Below are positions 24,919 through 37,810 of a DNA stretch of 64,000 nucleotides, piece after piece. The stretch lies in assembly GCA_053919585.1 (NCBI GenBank), contig CM132790.1; one strand, written 5' to 3'. Under the pieces are notes generated by a model, which was not told the origin of the DNA, ran no database searches, and worked only from the letters and a program-made list of their open reading frames with translations. A program made the translations under genes and the position numbers. Position 1 is the first letter of the stretch; the number at the start of each line of letters is the position of its first letter. The stretch comes from Euprymna scolopes. Lineage: Eukaryota.

Positions 24919-26790
24919 TTTTTTTTTTTTTTTTTACAAAGGCATCACTACATTATCAAGGCCCAGAGGCCACTCAAGGATAAGGGTTAAAGAGTGTACA
25001 GTAGAAATTGGTCAATATAGTAATCATTAGTAATGAAAATTTGGCAAATTTAATAACCTATATGGAACGGCCCATCAAGAACTTATTTACTTTAGACTTG
25101 AACACAACCATATTGTAGTCAGCCGGAAAGCAGAAAAACGGAAGACAATTCCACAGGCGTGCAGTTCTAAGAAAGAAGCTTTGTTCATGGAATCTACGTT
25201 TAGGTTTAGGCACAGATAAAGAGTGGGGGAAATTATTGATAGTGTTTACAGCTAGACGAGTGTTTCTTGTGAAAGTTTGGCGAGGGGGGGCCATAGATTG
25301 AAGCTCAGTTGAACACTTTCCATGAAAATAACGATACATCAGAGACAAACTCGCAACATCTCTTCTGTGAGATAGAGGTTGACCGGAGGAGAAAAGGACA
25401 TCTCCTACGAGGCTACGAAGTCTATTTTGAACTCTATCAAGACAGGACAAGTCCTTTCTAGCAGCTCCTGCCCAGATGTGGCAACAGTATTCCATCCTTG
25501 GACGTACCTGGCTCTTATATAGATAGAGAATAGCATCAGCAGTGAGATATCTACTGGATCGATAGAAAGACCCCACCATTTTTCCAGCGGCCTTGGCAAC
25601 AGATTTGATATACGTGTTCCATTTAAGATCAGGAGTAATGGTCAAGCCCAGAAGCTTGTCAAAACTTGAGGCCTCCTGAAGACGAGAGCCATTCATTTCA
25701 ATTGATGACAAATGTGGATTAGAATGTTGATGATGTAAAGAGAGAAGCTTGGTTTTAGATGCATTAAAAGTAACCAGCCACTCCTTTCCCCATTGTACTA
25801 CGTGCTCAAGATCAGAGGAGAGAGAATTGGAGAGAACTTGGTCGTTTACTGTCTTAGATGTGGTACCATAAATGGTAGTGACGTCAGCATAAATGTCTAC
25901 AAATGATGTAAGGATGTGATTTGGAAGATCATTAATGTAGATCAGGAAAAGAGTTGGGCCCAGGATGGATCCCTGAGGGACACCGGCATTAATACTGTGA
26001 GCTTCTGATTTTTGCCCCTCAACTACTACTCTTATGAACCTATCAGAAAGAAATGATTTAATAATTGAGAAGACTTTTCCAGCTATACCATAGCTAGCGA
26101 TCTTATGAAGTAAACCTTTATGCCATACCCTATCAAAGGCTTTAGATATGTCAAGAGCAATTGCCCTAGAAAGATTGCCACCGTCGAGAGATTTGCTAAT
26201 CCTATGCGATATAACTGTAAGCACGTCTGCTGTAGATCTAGCAGAACGGAAACCATATTGAGTGTCACTAAGAAGGTTATTTTTGTTGAGATGTTTGATT
26301 ACTTCTGTATTTAACACAGATTCTAGCAACTTACTCATGACGCACAGGAGACTTATTGGCCTGTACTGAGAGGGGGATGAGCGATCACCTGAATTCTTAA
26401 ATACAGGGCGTACTGATGAAATTTTCCAGGGAGATGGGAAACTATTCTCCTTAAGACAACGTTTAAACAGTTTTGTAAGTATGGGCGCTAGTTCAGGTTG
26501 AAGTTTTTTGAGTACTATAATTGGAATACCATCAGGGCCAGTTGCTTTACTCGAATCAAGGTTTTTGATTAGCTTCGCAACATCACGTACAGATATACGT
26601 ATATCACATAGCGTGTTTTCTGATACAGGAGGAAATATTGGGGGTTGGCGGTCTTGGTCGCAAAGGGTAGAATTAGCTGCAAAGTTCTTGACAAAGAGTT
26701 TGGCTTTGTCTGATGCTGACGAGATTACCTCAGGTCCATTGATAATAGTTGGGATGGAGCACACGCTTCTGTTCAGGATTCTGTTTGCTA
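24919..26790 (-). mobile_element. 5'-truncated CR1/L2-group LINE with poly(A)
   Basis: Contains the RT ORF, 3' UTR stem-loop and T17 run at 24919-24935. Confidence 0.93.
25058..26764 (-). CDS. LINE ORF2 reverse transcriptase (partial; YADD mutated to YADV)
   Basis: KATGPDGI, YRPISLL, QYGFR, ALDISKAFDRVWH, GVPQGSILGPTLFLIYINDL, IYADVTT, EYCCHIW. Confidence 0.92.
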   Translation of the reverse strand: MCSIPTIINGPEVISSASDKAKLFVKNFAANSTLCDQDRQPPIFPPVSENTLCDIRISVRDVAKLIKNLDSSKATGPDGIPIIVLKKLQPELAPILTKLFKRCLKENSFPSPWKISSVRPVFKNSGDRSSPSQYRPISLLCVMSKLLESVLNTEVIKHLNKNNLLSDTQYGFRSARSTADVLTVISHRISKSLDGGNLSRAIALDISKAFDRVWHKGLLHKIASYGIAGKVFSIIKSFLSDRFIRVVVEGQKSEAHSINAGVPQGSILGPTLFLIYINDLPNHILTSFVDIYADVTTIYGTTSKTVNDQVLSNSLSSDLEHVVQWGKEWLVTFNASKTKLLSLHHQHSNPHLSSIEMNGSRLQEASSFDKLLGLTITPDLKWNTYIKSVAKAAGKMVGSFYRSSRYLTADAILYLYKSQVRPRMEYCCHIWAGAARKDLSCLDRVQNRLRSLVGDVLFSSGQPLSHRRDVASLSLMYRYFHGKCSTELQSMAPPRQTFTRNTRLAVNTINNFPHSLSVPKPKRRFHEQSFFLRTARLWNCLPFFCFPADYNMVVFKSKVNKFLMGRSI

Positions 26791-27129
26791 TTTTTTTTTC
26801 TGTTACGATTATTTTTGTTCTGGGATTGCATGTTACTATCTCTCCAGCTGAATGCTGTCATAGCTTAACGATTCTCAACCGGCTGAGAACTTACCTGTCC
26901 TATCTACTCGTTCCAACTCGTTCGCTTAAGACTCCTTCTGACTCCTAGCTTGCCTGATATTTAAACTAATACTTTGTGCTCATGCCATTCGACTACATAA
27001 AGATCTAAATGTAACTCATCAATCACGTTATTTTCTGGCACAATTATATCGTTTTTACACCTAGTTTTGAAAACCAATTTTGTTTATGTCCACTTCATTC
27101 TTTTCTATTAAAACATATTTTTTTATTTA

Positions 27130-27250
27130 TCTAAGATTCTTCCTAAGATGCCACAAAAATAAAATAAAATTGACAAGTCAATTTATTTACAATTTTACAA
27201 AAGCTTGCCTGTTGAAAACAGTGGAGGTGTTAAGATATAGCTTGAAGATC

Positions 27251-27300
<50 letters not shown>

Positions 27301-27548
27301 GAAAGTTAAGAATGCTATGAAACGACAGTCAAGGTGATTCCCATTATAATTGAAAAGCTTGAGAACATTAAAAATAAACCCACCATAAATGCCTCAATCA
27401 GATTGACAAGACAATTTCTTTTACAATTTTGCAAAAGGCTGGCCTTTTGGGAACGGCGATAGTGTTAATACAGCTTGACTGTTTAAAATCAAAGGAATCG
27501 ACCTGATGTTCAAGGAAAAAATCCAACTAAAACCATCCAACGCTTGAG
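27130..27548 (+). mobile_element. Two tandem 3'-end fragments of R4/Dong-like RLE elements separated by (TAA)n
   Basis: VKVIPIII.. and ILQKAGLLGTAIVL-type C-terminal remnants resemble VSIIPVIIGATG..IQTIALKGTARIL of ORF 59734-62361. (TAA)n at 27251-27298; (CTA)n/(TAA)n at 27549-27592. Confidence 0.65.
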
Positions 27549-27620
27549 ACTACTACTACTACTACTACTACTACTAGTATAATAATAATAATGGTTACCA
27601 TTTTGTCGGGGGTGGTAATG

Positions 27621-27740
27621 GGACTAAAAAGTACTTCCGAGAGATGCTCAAATCGATAGCGTCTGACAATCTAGTCCCTCCTGGCCTCCTCGTGTGGCTT
27701 AGTCACTAAACCCTGTGGATCTGTATTACTGATAGGAGGG
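27621..27740 (+). ncRNA. HDV-like ribozyme (degenerate) at the 5' end of the R4/Dong-like element
   Basis: P1 GGACTAA/TTAGTC; P2 CCCTCCTG/TAGGAGGG; P3 GCC/GGC; L3 TCCTCGTGT; J4/2 CTGA. The P1.1 GG and P4 are degraded. Confidence 0.7.
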
Positions 27741-27899
27741 GTGCATCAGGCGAGTAACTAGCGCCTTATAATCAGTAGCTCTGGATAGGTGGTGATCGAC
27801 AGTCTGGTAAGATCTACCATCTAGGAGATAAAAAAAAATCCGATTTCAAAACACTAGAGATCGTATCTAAAAAAACAAAATACCGATTATTGTGTAACC

Positions 27900-27978
27900 T
27901 GAAATTCACTAAATTTCTTAGGAATGAAATTCACTAAATTTCTTAGGAATGAAATTCACTAAATTTCTTAGGAATGAA
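27900..27978. repeat. 25-bp tandem triplication
   Basis: (GAAATTCACTAAATTTCTTAGGAAT)x3. Confidence 0.95.
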
Positions 27979-29693
27979 GTGTCAAAACAAAGTATTGATA
28001 ATTACGGAGGCAATGAGACTGGCACTCATAATGACGCTGGGCAGATGTATCTTGAGGAAGCAGCGAGAACCCGATCGTCATCCAACAACTGCTTGAATGA
28101 AGTGAAGTAAAAAGATTAACAAGGTAATCATGGAGTGTTTCTCGATAAGCAATCTTTATGATGAAAATAGAAAGCCTATCAAAGGATACAGAAAAGGTAT
28201 GTTTAGAGAATGGAGAGAACGAGGAACGTTTGAATCAACAGAATATCGTGTGTGTGAACAAAAGCAATACAGAAGAATAGATGGTTATCAAAAGCTAAAA
28301 AAAAAAAACGCAAAAGTAATGACAGTTGAAATGGCAAACCAAGGAGATGTGCAAATTGATAAGGAAAGGACGGAAAATAAAGTGCAAGATATGTATTATG
28401 GGGAGAAAATGGAGGAGAAACAACGAGGAAATTATTCGTAATAATGGGAAAACTGAGGATGAGGTGCTTGAAGAACCTTGAGGAAGTGAGGGGGATCGTT
28501 GAAAGTGGTAGAATAAAAAAATATAATGAAATCCTGTTTAAGAAACTGTATCTTAAGATACAAGTGAACAAAGTAAATGAAGCAATGAAATATAAGAAAT
28601 TCAATGCAATCATAGAAACAAATAATTTGATCGTGGCTGAAAGTGTTTCGGTTGCGGAAAAATTCTGATTGAAAAGAAGTGGACGCTAAAATAAAAATTA
28701 CCCGTCGTAAAAAGGGAAAAAAAAGATAACATAAAAAATAAAGAAAAAAATGTGAAAATGTTTCAAAGTGAAGTGTGAGGACAATTGGGTACAAGGAAGA
28801 CAGAGAAATTTAAATAAAAAGTACAGAGTGAAAAGTAAAAGAATTAAAACTAGAGGAAATATAAAAAAAAGAAATGTTAGCAAAAAGTGCAAAAAGAAAA
28901 TAGATATATAAAAAGAAAATGTTTGGAAAGAATAAATTGTTTGTTCTAGACCAAAAGAAGATCTACAAAGGATCATGTAGACGTCAAATTACGTAACTTA
29001 ATTACCAAAGTCAACAATTTTGGGTGATATTTGAAGTGAAAAAAGAAATTTATGTGGTTAGTGGTTGGAAGATGTAAAGAATTAAAGACAAAGTTAAAGC
29101 AACCTCAATATGTGGTAAAAATGAACGAATAGAAAGAAAGCAAACAATGTAGGATAATTCCTAGTTGGAAGACTCCCGGGCCAGATTATGTACACGGTTT
29201 TGGTTAAACAATTTTACTAACTTGCATGGAAGGATTGCATCTCAAATTGACAGAATATTGGCAGATGTAATTCCGGAATGGACGAAGAAAGCTCTGGCAG
29301 AAAGTTATATCAGAGGGCATTGCGATTGATAACTATCGCCCCATCACTTGTCTTCTATTTATGTGGAAACTGCTGGTAGGCATTTTGGCAGATTATATTT
29401 ACCAATATCTGGAACAGCAAGAGGTTTTATCGGGGGAATAAAAGGGACGTAGACGGGGTAGTAGAAAAACAAAATATTAATTGCTTATTGATAGAACAAT
29501 ACTTCAAATGCATGTATATGAGTCATTGACATTGAACAAAAGGAGATCTTAGGAGAGTCTATCTAAAGAGATTTTTATGGCGGCAGTCTGTCGCCATTGT
29601 TGTTTTGTATATGGTACCACTATTGCTCATATTAAGAAAGTTAAATGCGTGTTATCAGTGGGGACAAAAGAAGTACTGAGTAACCCATTTACT

Positions 29694-30473
29694 ACTAGCA
29701 GTTCAACCCGGCTTTTCTCGGGTCCTATGTACTGTTCATAACTTGCTCTACGTGTGAATACACTTTATGAAAGTTTTCAAATGTTTAAACCAAAATTTGT
29801 CTGAGTAATTTCGTAGAGACCGCAGTGGTCAATTTTTAAAAAACTTTGACCTCAATTTTGATTCTTTAACATTTATTATTTTAGTCTCAAATCAAAATAA
29901 AAAGTCTCACCCATGTCCAAGGTACCTATATCTAAAATTTCAAGTCTTTAAACCCGAAATTGGCGGAGGAATTCAGTAGAATCTGCAAAGGACAACTCTT
30001 TCAACTTTGAACTTTTAACATCTCAAATTTTCGATCTAAACCGATTAAAACGCTTGCTTTTTCTCTGAATACCCTTTATGAAAGTTTTCAAATGTTTAGA
30101 CTAGAAATTGGCTGAGTAATTTGGTAGAGACCGCAGAGGTATCTTTTTACTTTGGCCCAAATTATGACTCCATAACATGAATTTTTTGGCTCAAATCAAA
30201 TTAAAAAGTTTGATCCACGTCCAAGTAACCTAAATGTTAAATTTCAAGTGTTTCGATCCAAAATTGGCGGAGCAATTTGGTAGAGTTTTCGAAGGTTAAA
30301 TCCTTGAACTTTGACCCTTTGACAGCCAAATTTTAGGCCGAAAACCGATTAAAAAGATTTTTTCCCAAATCTCAATAATCCTTATGTCAAATCTCGAGTG
30401 TCTAAACCGAAAATTGACAGAGTTATTTGGTAGGGAAATGTACACAGACACATACATTGACAAACATTTTCAG

Positions 30474-30533
<60 letters not shown>

Positions 30534-30540
30534 ATATAGG
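29694..30540 (+). mobile_element. Non-autonomous Helitron/Helentron-like element
   Basis: ACTAG..ACCCGG(ctttt)CTCGGGT hairpin at the start; ~311-bp internal duplication (29756 vs 30067); CAGA/CATA tract then (TA)n. Cleanly splits the RT motif of the host element with no evident TSD. Confidence 0.65.
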
Positions 30541-31256
30541 TTCATGGATGATTTAATAATGTGTGCATAGAAACAAAACCAGCTACGTATTCTAGTGATG
30601 ACTGCTCAAATGTTCAGTAATAACATAGGCAAAAAAGGCTGGCAAAAAGGGCATGGATATTAGTAGTGACGATGTAGAAAACACATTCTAAAGGATCGAG
30701 TGTTATTATAATGATACCACCCCTATCTTTGCAACTCTTTAACATTTTAAGTTTTAGTTTAAAAAGAAGCTTTACTTTTGCACCATCGTTTATTTTGAAG
30801 TTGATTTAAAAAATAAAACAATGTTTAGTTTAATTCTGTTTACTCAAAGCTCACTTTGCTTAATATTTAATGTTAATTATCGATGAAATGTAATTCAACA
30901 AAAAGCAAGAACAATCTTTATCAATGAGTTTTGCGATCGAAGTTTTGTCTCATGTGAATGATATTGCAGGTATTAGTTTGAAGGGACATTTATTTACTAT
31001 TAAGTTAAATAAAGTTTTCTATTCGAAACGAATATAACAATGCAGAATATTTTATATTTTCGTAAATAGCTGGTATTACTTTACAACAAATACATTAATT
31101 GTAACCTTTTTTTCTAGTGGAATTTCCGAAACAATAAACCTTATCATGTTATTCTGTAGTAGAGAATATGAGGAAAGGAAAAAAGACACATTATTTAGCT
31201 AAGTAGAATTAAATATCGATTCACCATAATTGCTGACGTTTGAGAATACGAGTTAC

Positions 31257-31319
<63 letters not shown>

Positions 31320-31436
31320 ACGTATATGTAATATACTTATATATATAATACCAACTCCATGTAATTGCAGGCGATCGTATATGTAGTCGGTAAAATATTT
31401 TCAGCTAATTGTTATGTAAAAACTAGTAAATCGAAA

Positions 31437-31510
31437 TACTAAAGTTCCAATACTAAAGTTCCAATACTAAAGTTCCAATGCTAAAGTTCCAATGCTAAAG
31501 TTCCAATGCA
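31437..31510. repeat. 14-bp tandem repeat x5
   Basis: (TRCTAAAGTTCCAA)5. Confidence 0.95.
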
Positions 31511-31828
31511 TTAAAAGAATGTTCATCTTATTTGAAGTAAAAATATTAAACATCTGTATGATTTAGAGATTGTCAAATTCACTAAATGTAAAAATTAAGA
31601 TGAAACAAACGAACAAGCAACAAAAATAAGGAAACACAGAAATCTGTGAGAAACGAAGAAGCGGATGAAAAGATAAAAAATTTAAGAATGAAAGATAAAG
31701 ATGATAGAACTGAAAAATCCGGTGATATTTAAAGAGGGTCTGAACAACACAGTTGAAAATTCTCGGCTCAGTCGAAGTTCGCAAGTATTAAAGATGAAAT
31801 AACTATCACAAGCAGAGCTTTTCAAACT

Positions 31829-32298
31829 AGTAATAAGTTAAAGGTATTTTCGATAAGGCAAAATACATCATTTTTATTAAAGTAATAAGTTAAAGGTATT
31901 TTCGATAAGGCAAAATACATCATTTTTATTAAAGTAATAAGTTAAAGGTATTTTCGATAAGGCAAAATACATCATTTTTATTAAAGTAATAAGTTAAAGG
32001 TATTTTCGATAAGGCAAAATACATCATTTTTATTAAAGTAATAAGTTAAAGGTATTTTCGATAAGGCAAAATACATCATTTTTATTAAAGTAATAAGTTA
32101 AAGGTATTTTCGATAAGGCAAAATACATCATTTTTATTAAAGTAATAAGTTAAAGGTATTTTTGATAAGGCAAAATACATCATTTTTATTAAAGTAATAA
32201 GTTAAAGGTATTTTCGATAAGGCAAAATGCATCATTTTTATTAAAGTAATACGTTAAAGGTATTTTCGATAAGGCAAAATACATCATTTTTATTAAAG
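31829..32298. repeat. 52-bp minisatellite x9, nearly identical units
   Basis: Unit AGTAATAAGTTAAAGGTATTTTCGATAAGGCAAAATACATCATTTTTATTAA, with no spacers. Confidence 0.97.
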
Positions 32299-32690
32299 AA
32301 AAATAATAATATTTTGATGAATATTAATTTTCTCTGTATATGCATGCAAGTATAATAGCAAAATAATACTAACTGAGGAAAATTTGAATTATGATCCAAG
32401 CTAACAATTTGAAACAATATTCCTGATTTGCACATAACACTGTTATTAAAAAGATGAATAAATCAAGTTTAAAAAATTACTACATTTTTTTAAGTTTTAC
32501 AGGTATGTTTCGTTCAAAAATCCAACAAAACACTCTTTGCAGGCCATAATCCTAAAACATTTTTAGTTCTAACATTTATGTTTTATTTGGAAATTAATTA
32601 TTTTTTACGTAAACTGGTACTTGCATGTTAGTTATTTAAATGAATATTTCTTACAATAACGTAACGTAACGTAACGTATATATATATATA

Positions 32691-32733
<43 letters not shown>

Positions 32734-33289
32734 CAAAGTTTTGTTGAAAATTCAAAGATTGGCGTTTTCTTTTTTATAACCTTCGTTTACTTCCTGGATT
32801 TTCCCATTACAGCTGTTTCATTAATGAGTGGCAATTTTACGATTTATGTTTCCGTAAAAGTATCCTGTCCCCACCAACTTCTTCAGATGTTTATCCATTG
32901 GATTTTTACAACAAATGGTATATATTTAACATGCTGGACATCGTATTCTGGTAAAAAGATTTCCACAGCCATGCTTCCTTATTTCCTCCATCTTTTGGTG
33001 TTATGCAAAGATAGTTTTCCGTTTTAACCCGTACTTCCGTATTTTTATTTTTTATTTATTAATTATTTATTTTTGTTTTAATTTTCCCTGTTTTTCCTAT
33101 TTGTTTTTTTCCAATTATCATATAATTTTATATAATTTTATTCCTATATTTATGCGTGTTTATTTTAATAGTACTTTTTTGCTTTGTGTTTGAATTCGAA
33201 TTATATTACCCTATGCAGGGGAGGTCACTCTCGTGGTATCATTTTTTATCTAGGATTACCGCCCTAGCATTTTTTGTCCTAATCTGCTC

Positions 33290-35750
33290 TAGTGCGTGAA
33301 ATTAAATATTTGTTTCTGTGCAAACACCCGTGGATTACATCTAGTCTTTTGTTTAATAATTTTTCTTTTGATATTAATATATTGTAAGATTCTAATATAC
33401 ATAGGTTGCATCTTTTCGATTTGCTAGGTTTATATTTTACCCTTTATCAATTATTGACCATCTTAATTTATATTCAGTTTTATTTTCCTTTAATTCCTTA
33501 CTGCTAAAGTGGTTGAGTTTTTCTTTGTTTTTTCCGGTTGTTTTCGCTATTACTATTGGTTCTGTTTCTATTTTCGTTATAGTAGTTGTGGTTGTCACTG
33601 TTGGTATGATCCTTTCTACCGTTGTTTTCATTTTTATTTACACTGTTGTTATTTTCGATATTTTTGGTGTTCTTTTCTTTCTCAGTCTCATTTTAAAACG
33701 ATGCTAGGTGATTACGATATCTGTCCTTAAAGCAAGTTCCGGTGCTCCCTAGATATACTTTAGTTTCATTATTTGTTATAACTTCACATTTGTATACTAC
33801 GTTTGAAGTTAAACAGTTCCCCCTCATTGGACATTCATTAGGGTCCCGGCAGTTACATTCTTTTACATTGTTAGATTCGTTTTCTGTCCTGTTTCTGTTT
33901 TTCAAAAATTTGTTTAATTTTGTGTTATTTGAGCCTATTATGGTATTTGTTAAGTTAGCAGACGTTGAGTAGGATAGCTCAATAGTGTTTTTATTAATTA
34001 TCTTACTTAGTTTACTATCTTGCGGGAAATGTTTTTCTATAATTTGGTAAAATACCATCGGGATGTTATTTTTCATATGGTGGCTGAACGGTGGATTGAA
34101 CCACGTTTGGCTCTTCCTTCTATTTTTCTTTTTAACTTCTCTTTCAGTTTTATTATGGTCTATCTTTTCATTTTTCGTTTTCGTGTTTATTGTATGTTTT
34201 ATTTTTTCATTTGTTTTTGCTCTTTTTTTCCTTTTTTTATATTTCCTCATCGACATGTTGTAAGATATTACATTTGTTTATTGTTCTTTCTGTACCTATG
34301 TTATTGTTTTGAGTTTCCTTAACAAATTTAATTTGTCCTTTATATCCTGATCTAGCTAAGACTTGGTTATAATATTCCTTGTTTTTATTGAATAATTCTT
34401 CATTTTGTGATATTTTGGATATTCTTTTTGAGATGCTAGGTATAAGTGCTTTTTTCATACTATTCGGATGGTTGGACTTGTGATCTATGTAGAATAGCGT
34501 TTGGTTGGGTTTATGGTAGGGTTCATAGGAGTTGTTGTCTAGATTCAGGGTTATGTCAAAGAAGTTTACACATTTGTGATTTGGGTCTATTGTTATATCT
34601 AGGTTCAGTTTACTGAAGAATTGTTTAATTTTTTTTTTCAAATAACCTATTTGTTGAGTTCAAGTAGAATAATGCGTCATCCCGGTATATACCTTCTTTT
34701 AGTCCTGGAATCTTTCGATATAGTTCATTTAGTATATAAAGACCCACAAGGTCTGTTACTTGTGCACTATCCGCGTTGAAGTTTCTGTTCTTTCTGGTCC
34801 ATACTTTGTTATCATATTTAATTAGAGTTCTTCTTTCTAAATCATATTTAATTAGAGTTCTTCTTGCTAAATTTGTTATTCTAGCTAGTTCTAGTGCTTC
34901 CTCGAATAGATTTGGTGAAATAGAGGGGTAATATGAATTTTCTATTTTTGCCTTGGGGTAGTGTGCTGAACCATCTAATTACCTCTTCCGATAATTTCCA
35001 CAAGTTATGGTAAATTTTGTTTTTTTAATTTAGGTAGGATTTCGTCTAGTATTTTTTTGTTAATGTTTCCCAAATCTGAACTACATGGAGAAATCAGTCT
35101 AATGCTAGGATTATTGTTGAATTCTGGTTTATGATCTTTTAGGGTAAAACGTGGGCACAGTAGTGTATATCCCTCTATCTTATTGTTCATTTTTTCATTT
35201 ATTTTTAAGGTTTTAGAGTTTATACTATTCAGTTCTGCATTACTTGCTACTCTATAGTTTTTATTGGGTTTCTTCATTATTAGGTTGTTGTAGGTTTCAA
35301 AATCCATGCTGTATATATTCATAGTTTTGCCTGCTGGAATCATCAAGTTCTGATTGTCTTTAATATTTTTAAAGATATTATTGATTTTTTTTCATTGTTG
35401 GGTTCATATACTTGTGTTTCTCCTTGATTTTTAGGTTTTTATCCATTTTAACATGTCTAATTCAAACGCTTCTAAGGCAGAAATTACTGGTGGGAATTTC
35501 CTGGATTTAATTTTATATTTTCTATCATAAGGGATTTCTGTGTTTTCATTTACAGTTGTGGTTGTGTAATTCGGGTTAGTTTGTGTGCATCCCTTTGTGT
35601 TTTTTTCTTCTGTACTTTTGTAGTGAAAGACCCTACATCGAATTCTTTTAAGAAAGGAATTCACGGATTGTGCCATGTCCATCATGTACGTTTGTGTCTT
35701 GGAATATGTTTTTGGGACTGAAAGTTATTTCCTCCTTAGTCAACATCATG
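33290..35750 (-). mobile_element. Decayed Penelope-like element (RT plus C-terminal GIY-YIG; possibly Nematis-like)
   Basis: Frameshifted ORFs carry PAGKT, HKPEF..IRLISP, YPSIS, GIYRDD, VNFFDITL, SNHP, WFNPPFS, CNCR..CPMRGNCL..VVYKC..YLGSTGTCFKDRYRNH, CNLCILE. Confidence 0.9.
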
Positions 35751-35981
35751 TATCAGATCAATTCGAGGAGCAGTAAAAAAATATTTTACAGTTTGTTTTT
35801 GAAATGTTACTTTCGATGTATACCGTTTTTTTGTTTAACGGGTCTAGATTGTTATTTTAAAACTATTCACCGTTAATTTTGAGTTAATCTCAATGTGTCT
35901 ATTTAATAGATATATATTTATAGATATTTATATATATATGTGTGTGTTTTTGTACTTCCTGTTTTCTTTTTCCATGTATAA

Positions 35982-36021
<40 letters not shown>

Positions 36022-36539
36022 GTGTGTGTGTGTGTGTGTGTGCGTGTGTGTGTTTGTGTGCATGTGTGTGTGTTGAGCAAGAAAGAAATCATTTATTGGA
36101 AATTACTATTCGTCACTCCCAGCGATGAAAATATAAGCGATGGTTTGTGATGTCTTTTCTTCTCTTTCGTTAAAACAATAGCAACGTTGACATTAAAGTA
36201 TCACGTTTCCGTCGCTGACAGTTCCATAAAAAATGATGTTTCCAATTAAAACAATCTATGGTACAAATGAATCACGAACATCATTTATTCAAATTAATGT
36301 GTTTAACATCGGAGTAGTATCAATTTAATAAAACACACTTATAATTTATAATCTAGACTATATTCATAATCCAAACTTGGGAAAAGAGTTATTTGCAGAT
36401 CATCGTATATTTTCTGTCCGCAAACTAACATTTCTTAGGGAGTTGTTTGTTGGGTCAAAAGTGGAGTTAGAGGCAAACCGTCTGGCAAGCACTTTAGCGT
36501 TCTCAATTGGCGTGTAAATAATCTCAAGGTTGTTGGATA

Positions 36540-36667
36540 GTGGGGTAATTGCTTACTGTCAATTATGTACCATACTGATATATATTTTCCAGGAATCGCG
36601 AGCTCCTAATTTCTGCAACTCGATACGTTTAATTCTCTTAGCTGTGGCTTGTTCTCAATTATTTCTA

Positions 36668-36730
<63 letters not shown>

Positions 36731-37810
36731 TTTTTCTGTTTGTATTGGACTTATTCTGAATAAATCTACGGAATACATGTTGCCTTTGAGCAATGGCAGT
36801 TGCGCAAGTAGAAGTGAACCTTTGGGGAGAGTGGGATTTACTAAAGAACCTAAGTGCATGAAAGGCGCTTCAATTGCTTCTTTCAACGGTTCATTATTTC
36901 ATTATTTGCGGACTGTTTCCTAGGAAGAGAATATATTTTCTATGAAACACCTCTGATATGATTTTTGATGGCTTCCCAATCAACTTTTTTGTAGTACCTG
37001 ATCGTTTCGAGCAATGACTTTTCATCTTAGAATCGAGAGTTTAGAGTGATGTCTATCAGTAAAACAACATGATCAGCATTCCCCAATGAGCAATGGGCAT
37101 TTGTTACACAGTCCTTGGGGACTTTGGTATAAAATAAACCGAGATATGAGACATGCTGATCGTCGATCTGAGAGACGGGTCGGGTACATTAATGTCTGTG
37201 TCAGGAAATGGGATATGGAAAAAGTTATATATATATATATATTTAACTAATAAAACCAATTCAGTTACTGTGGTGGACATTACAGTCACCAAATCAATGT
37301 ACTAATATGTGGGAAGAGTGCTGCGTCTATGCTGTCACAGACATTGTTGATTAGGCTACAATTCTGCTAACGGTAGAGGAAATATAAGTAACTACGATAC
37401 TAATGTCGCAGGTTTAATCTGAAGCACATGAAGTCAGATTGTTTGATTCTAGTCAAGGGGGGGGGCGTCACGAATATAGACTGCGAGTCGATGCATGTAT
37501 TTCGGAGTTCTTACGGCATAATGAAAGACAACTAAACATGTTAAAGTTGTTAGAGGGGATGGCGGAGTATAAATTAATCTCACTTAGCGCTAAGATATCC
37601 GGGAGTTTGCACGAAGAAATGATTCTATATCGCCTACGTAAACTATGTCTACAGATATTTGTGAATGCGAGCCTCAAGGACGGAGGCGAACTGATTTTGT
37701 TTAAGTGTGCGCTTGGCTTGATCGTATTTTTTATTGAGCTGTCATTCCATTTTATTGTTTCAGTTTTAGAGTGTAAGGCATTGAACAATGATATTTTGTA
37801 TGACATTCAA
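36540..37810 (-). mobile_element. Decayed LINE APE-endonuclease region
   Basis: LRLAFTNI..PDILALSEINL..LCRKNS (37468-37700) resembles an APE N-terminus; downstream YKKVDW remnant. Confidence 0.6.

Larger units (their letters stand above)
27593..30640 (+). mobile_element. Decayed R4/Dong-like non-LTR element (5' UTR to RT), interrupted at 29694-30540
   Basis: GYRKGMFREWRERGTFESTEYRVCEQ, PGPD..GFWLK, NYRPITCL, SLSPLL, and NHLL | FMDDL split by an insertion. Preceded by (TAA)n. Confidence 0.8.

Noticed and set aside
31829-32298. CRISPR-like array
   Set aside because: Contiguous 52-bp units with no unique spacers, no cas genes, eukaryotic context.
33040-33300. Hammerhead/pLTR expected downstream of the Penelope ORF
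   Set aside because: No CUGANGA..GAAA core found by eye on the - strand, so none is claimed.
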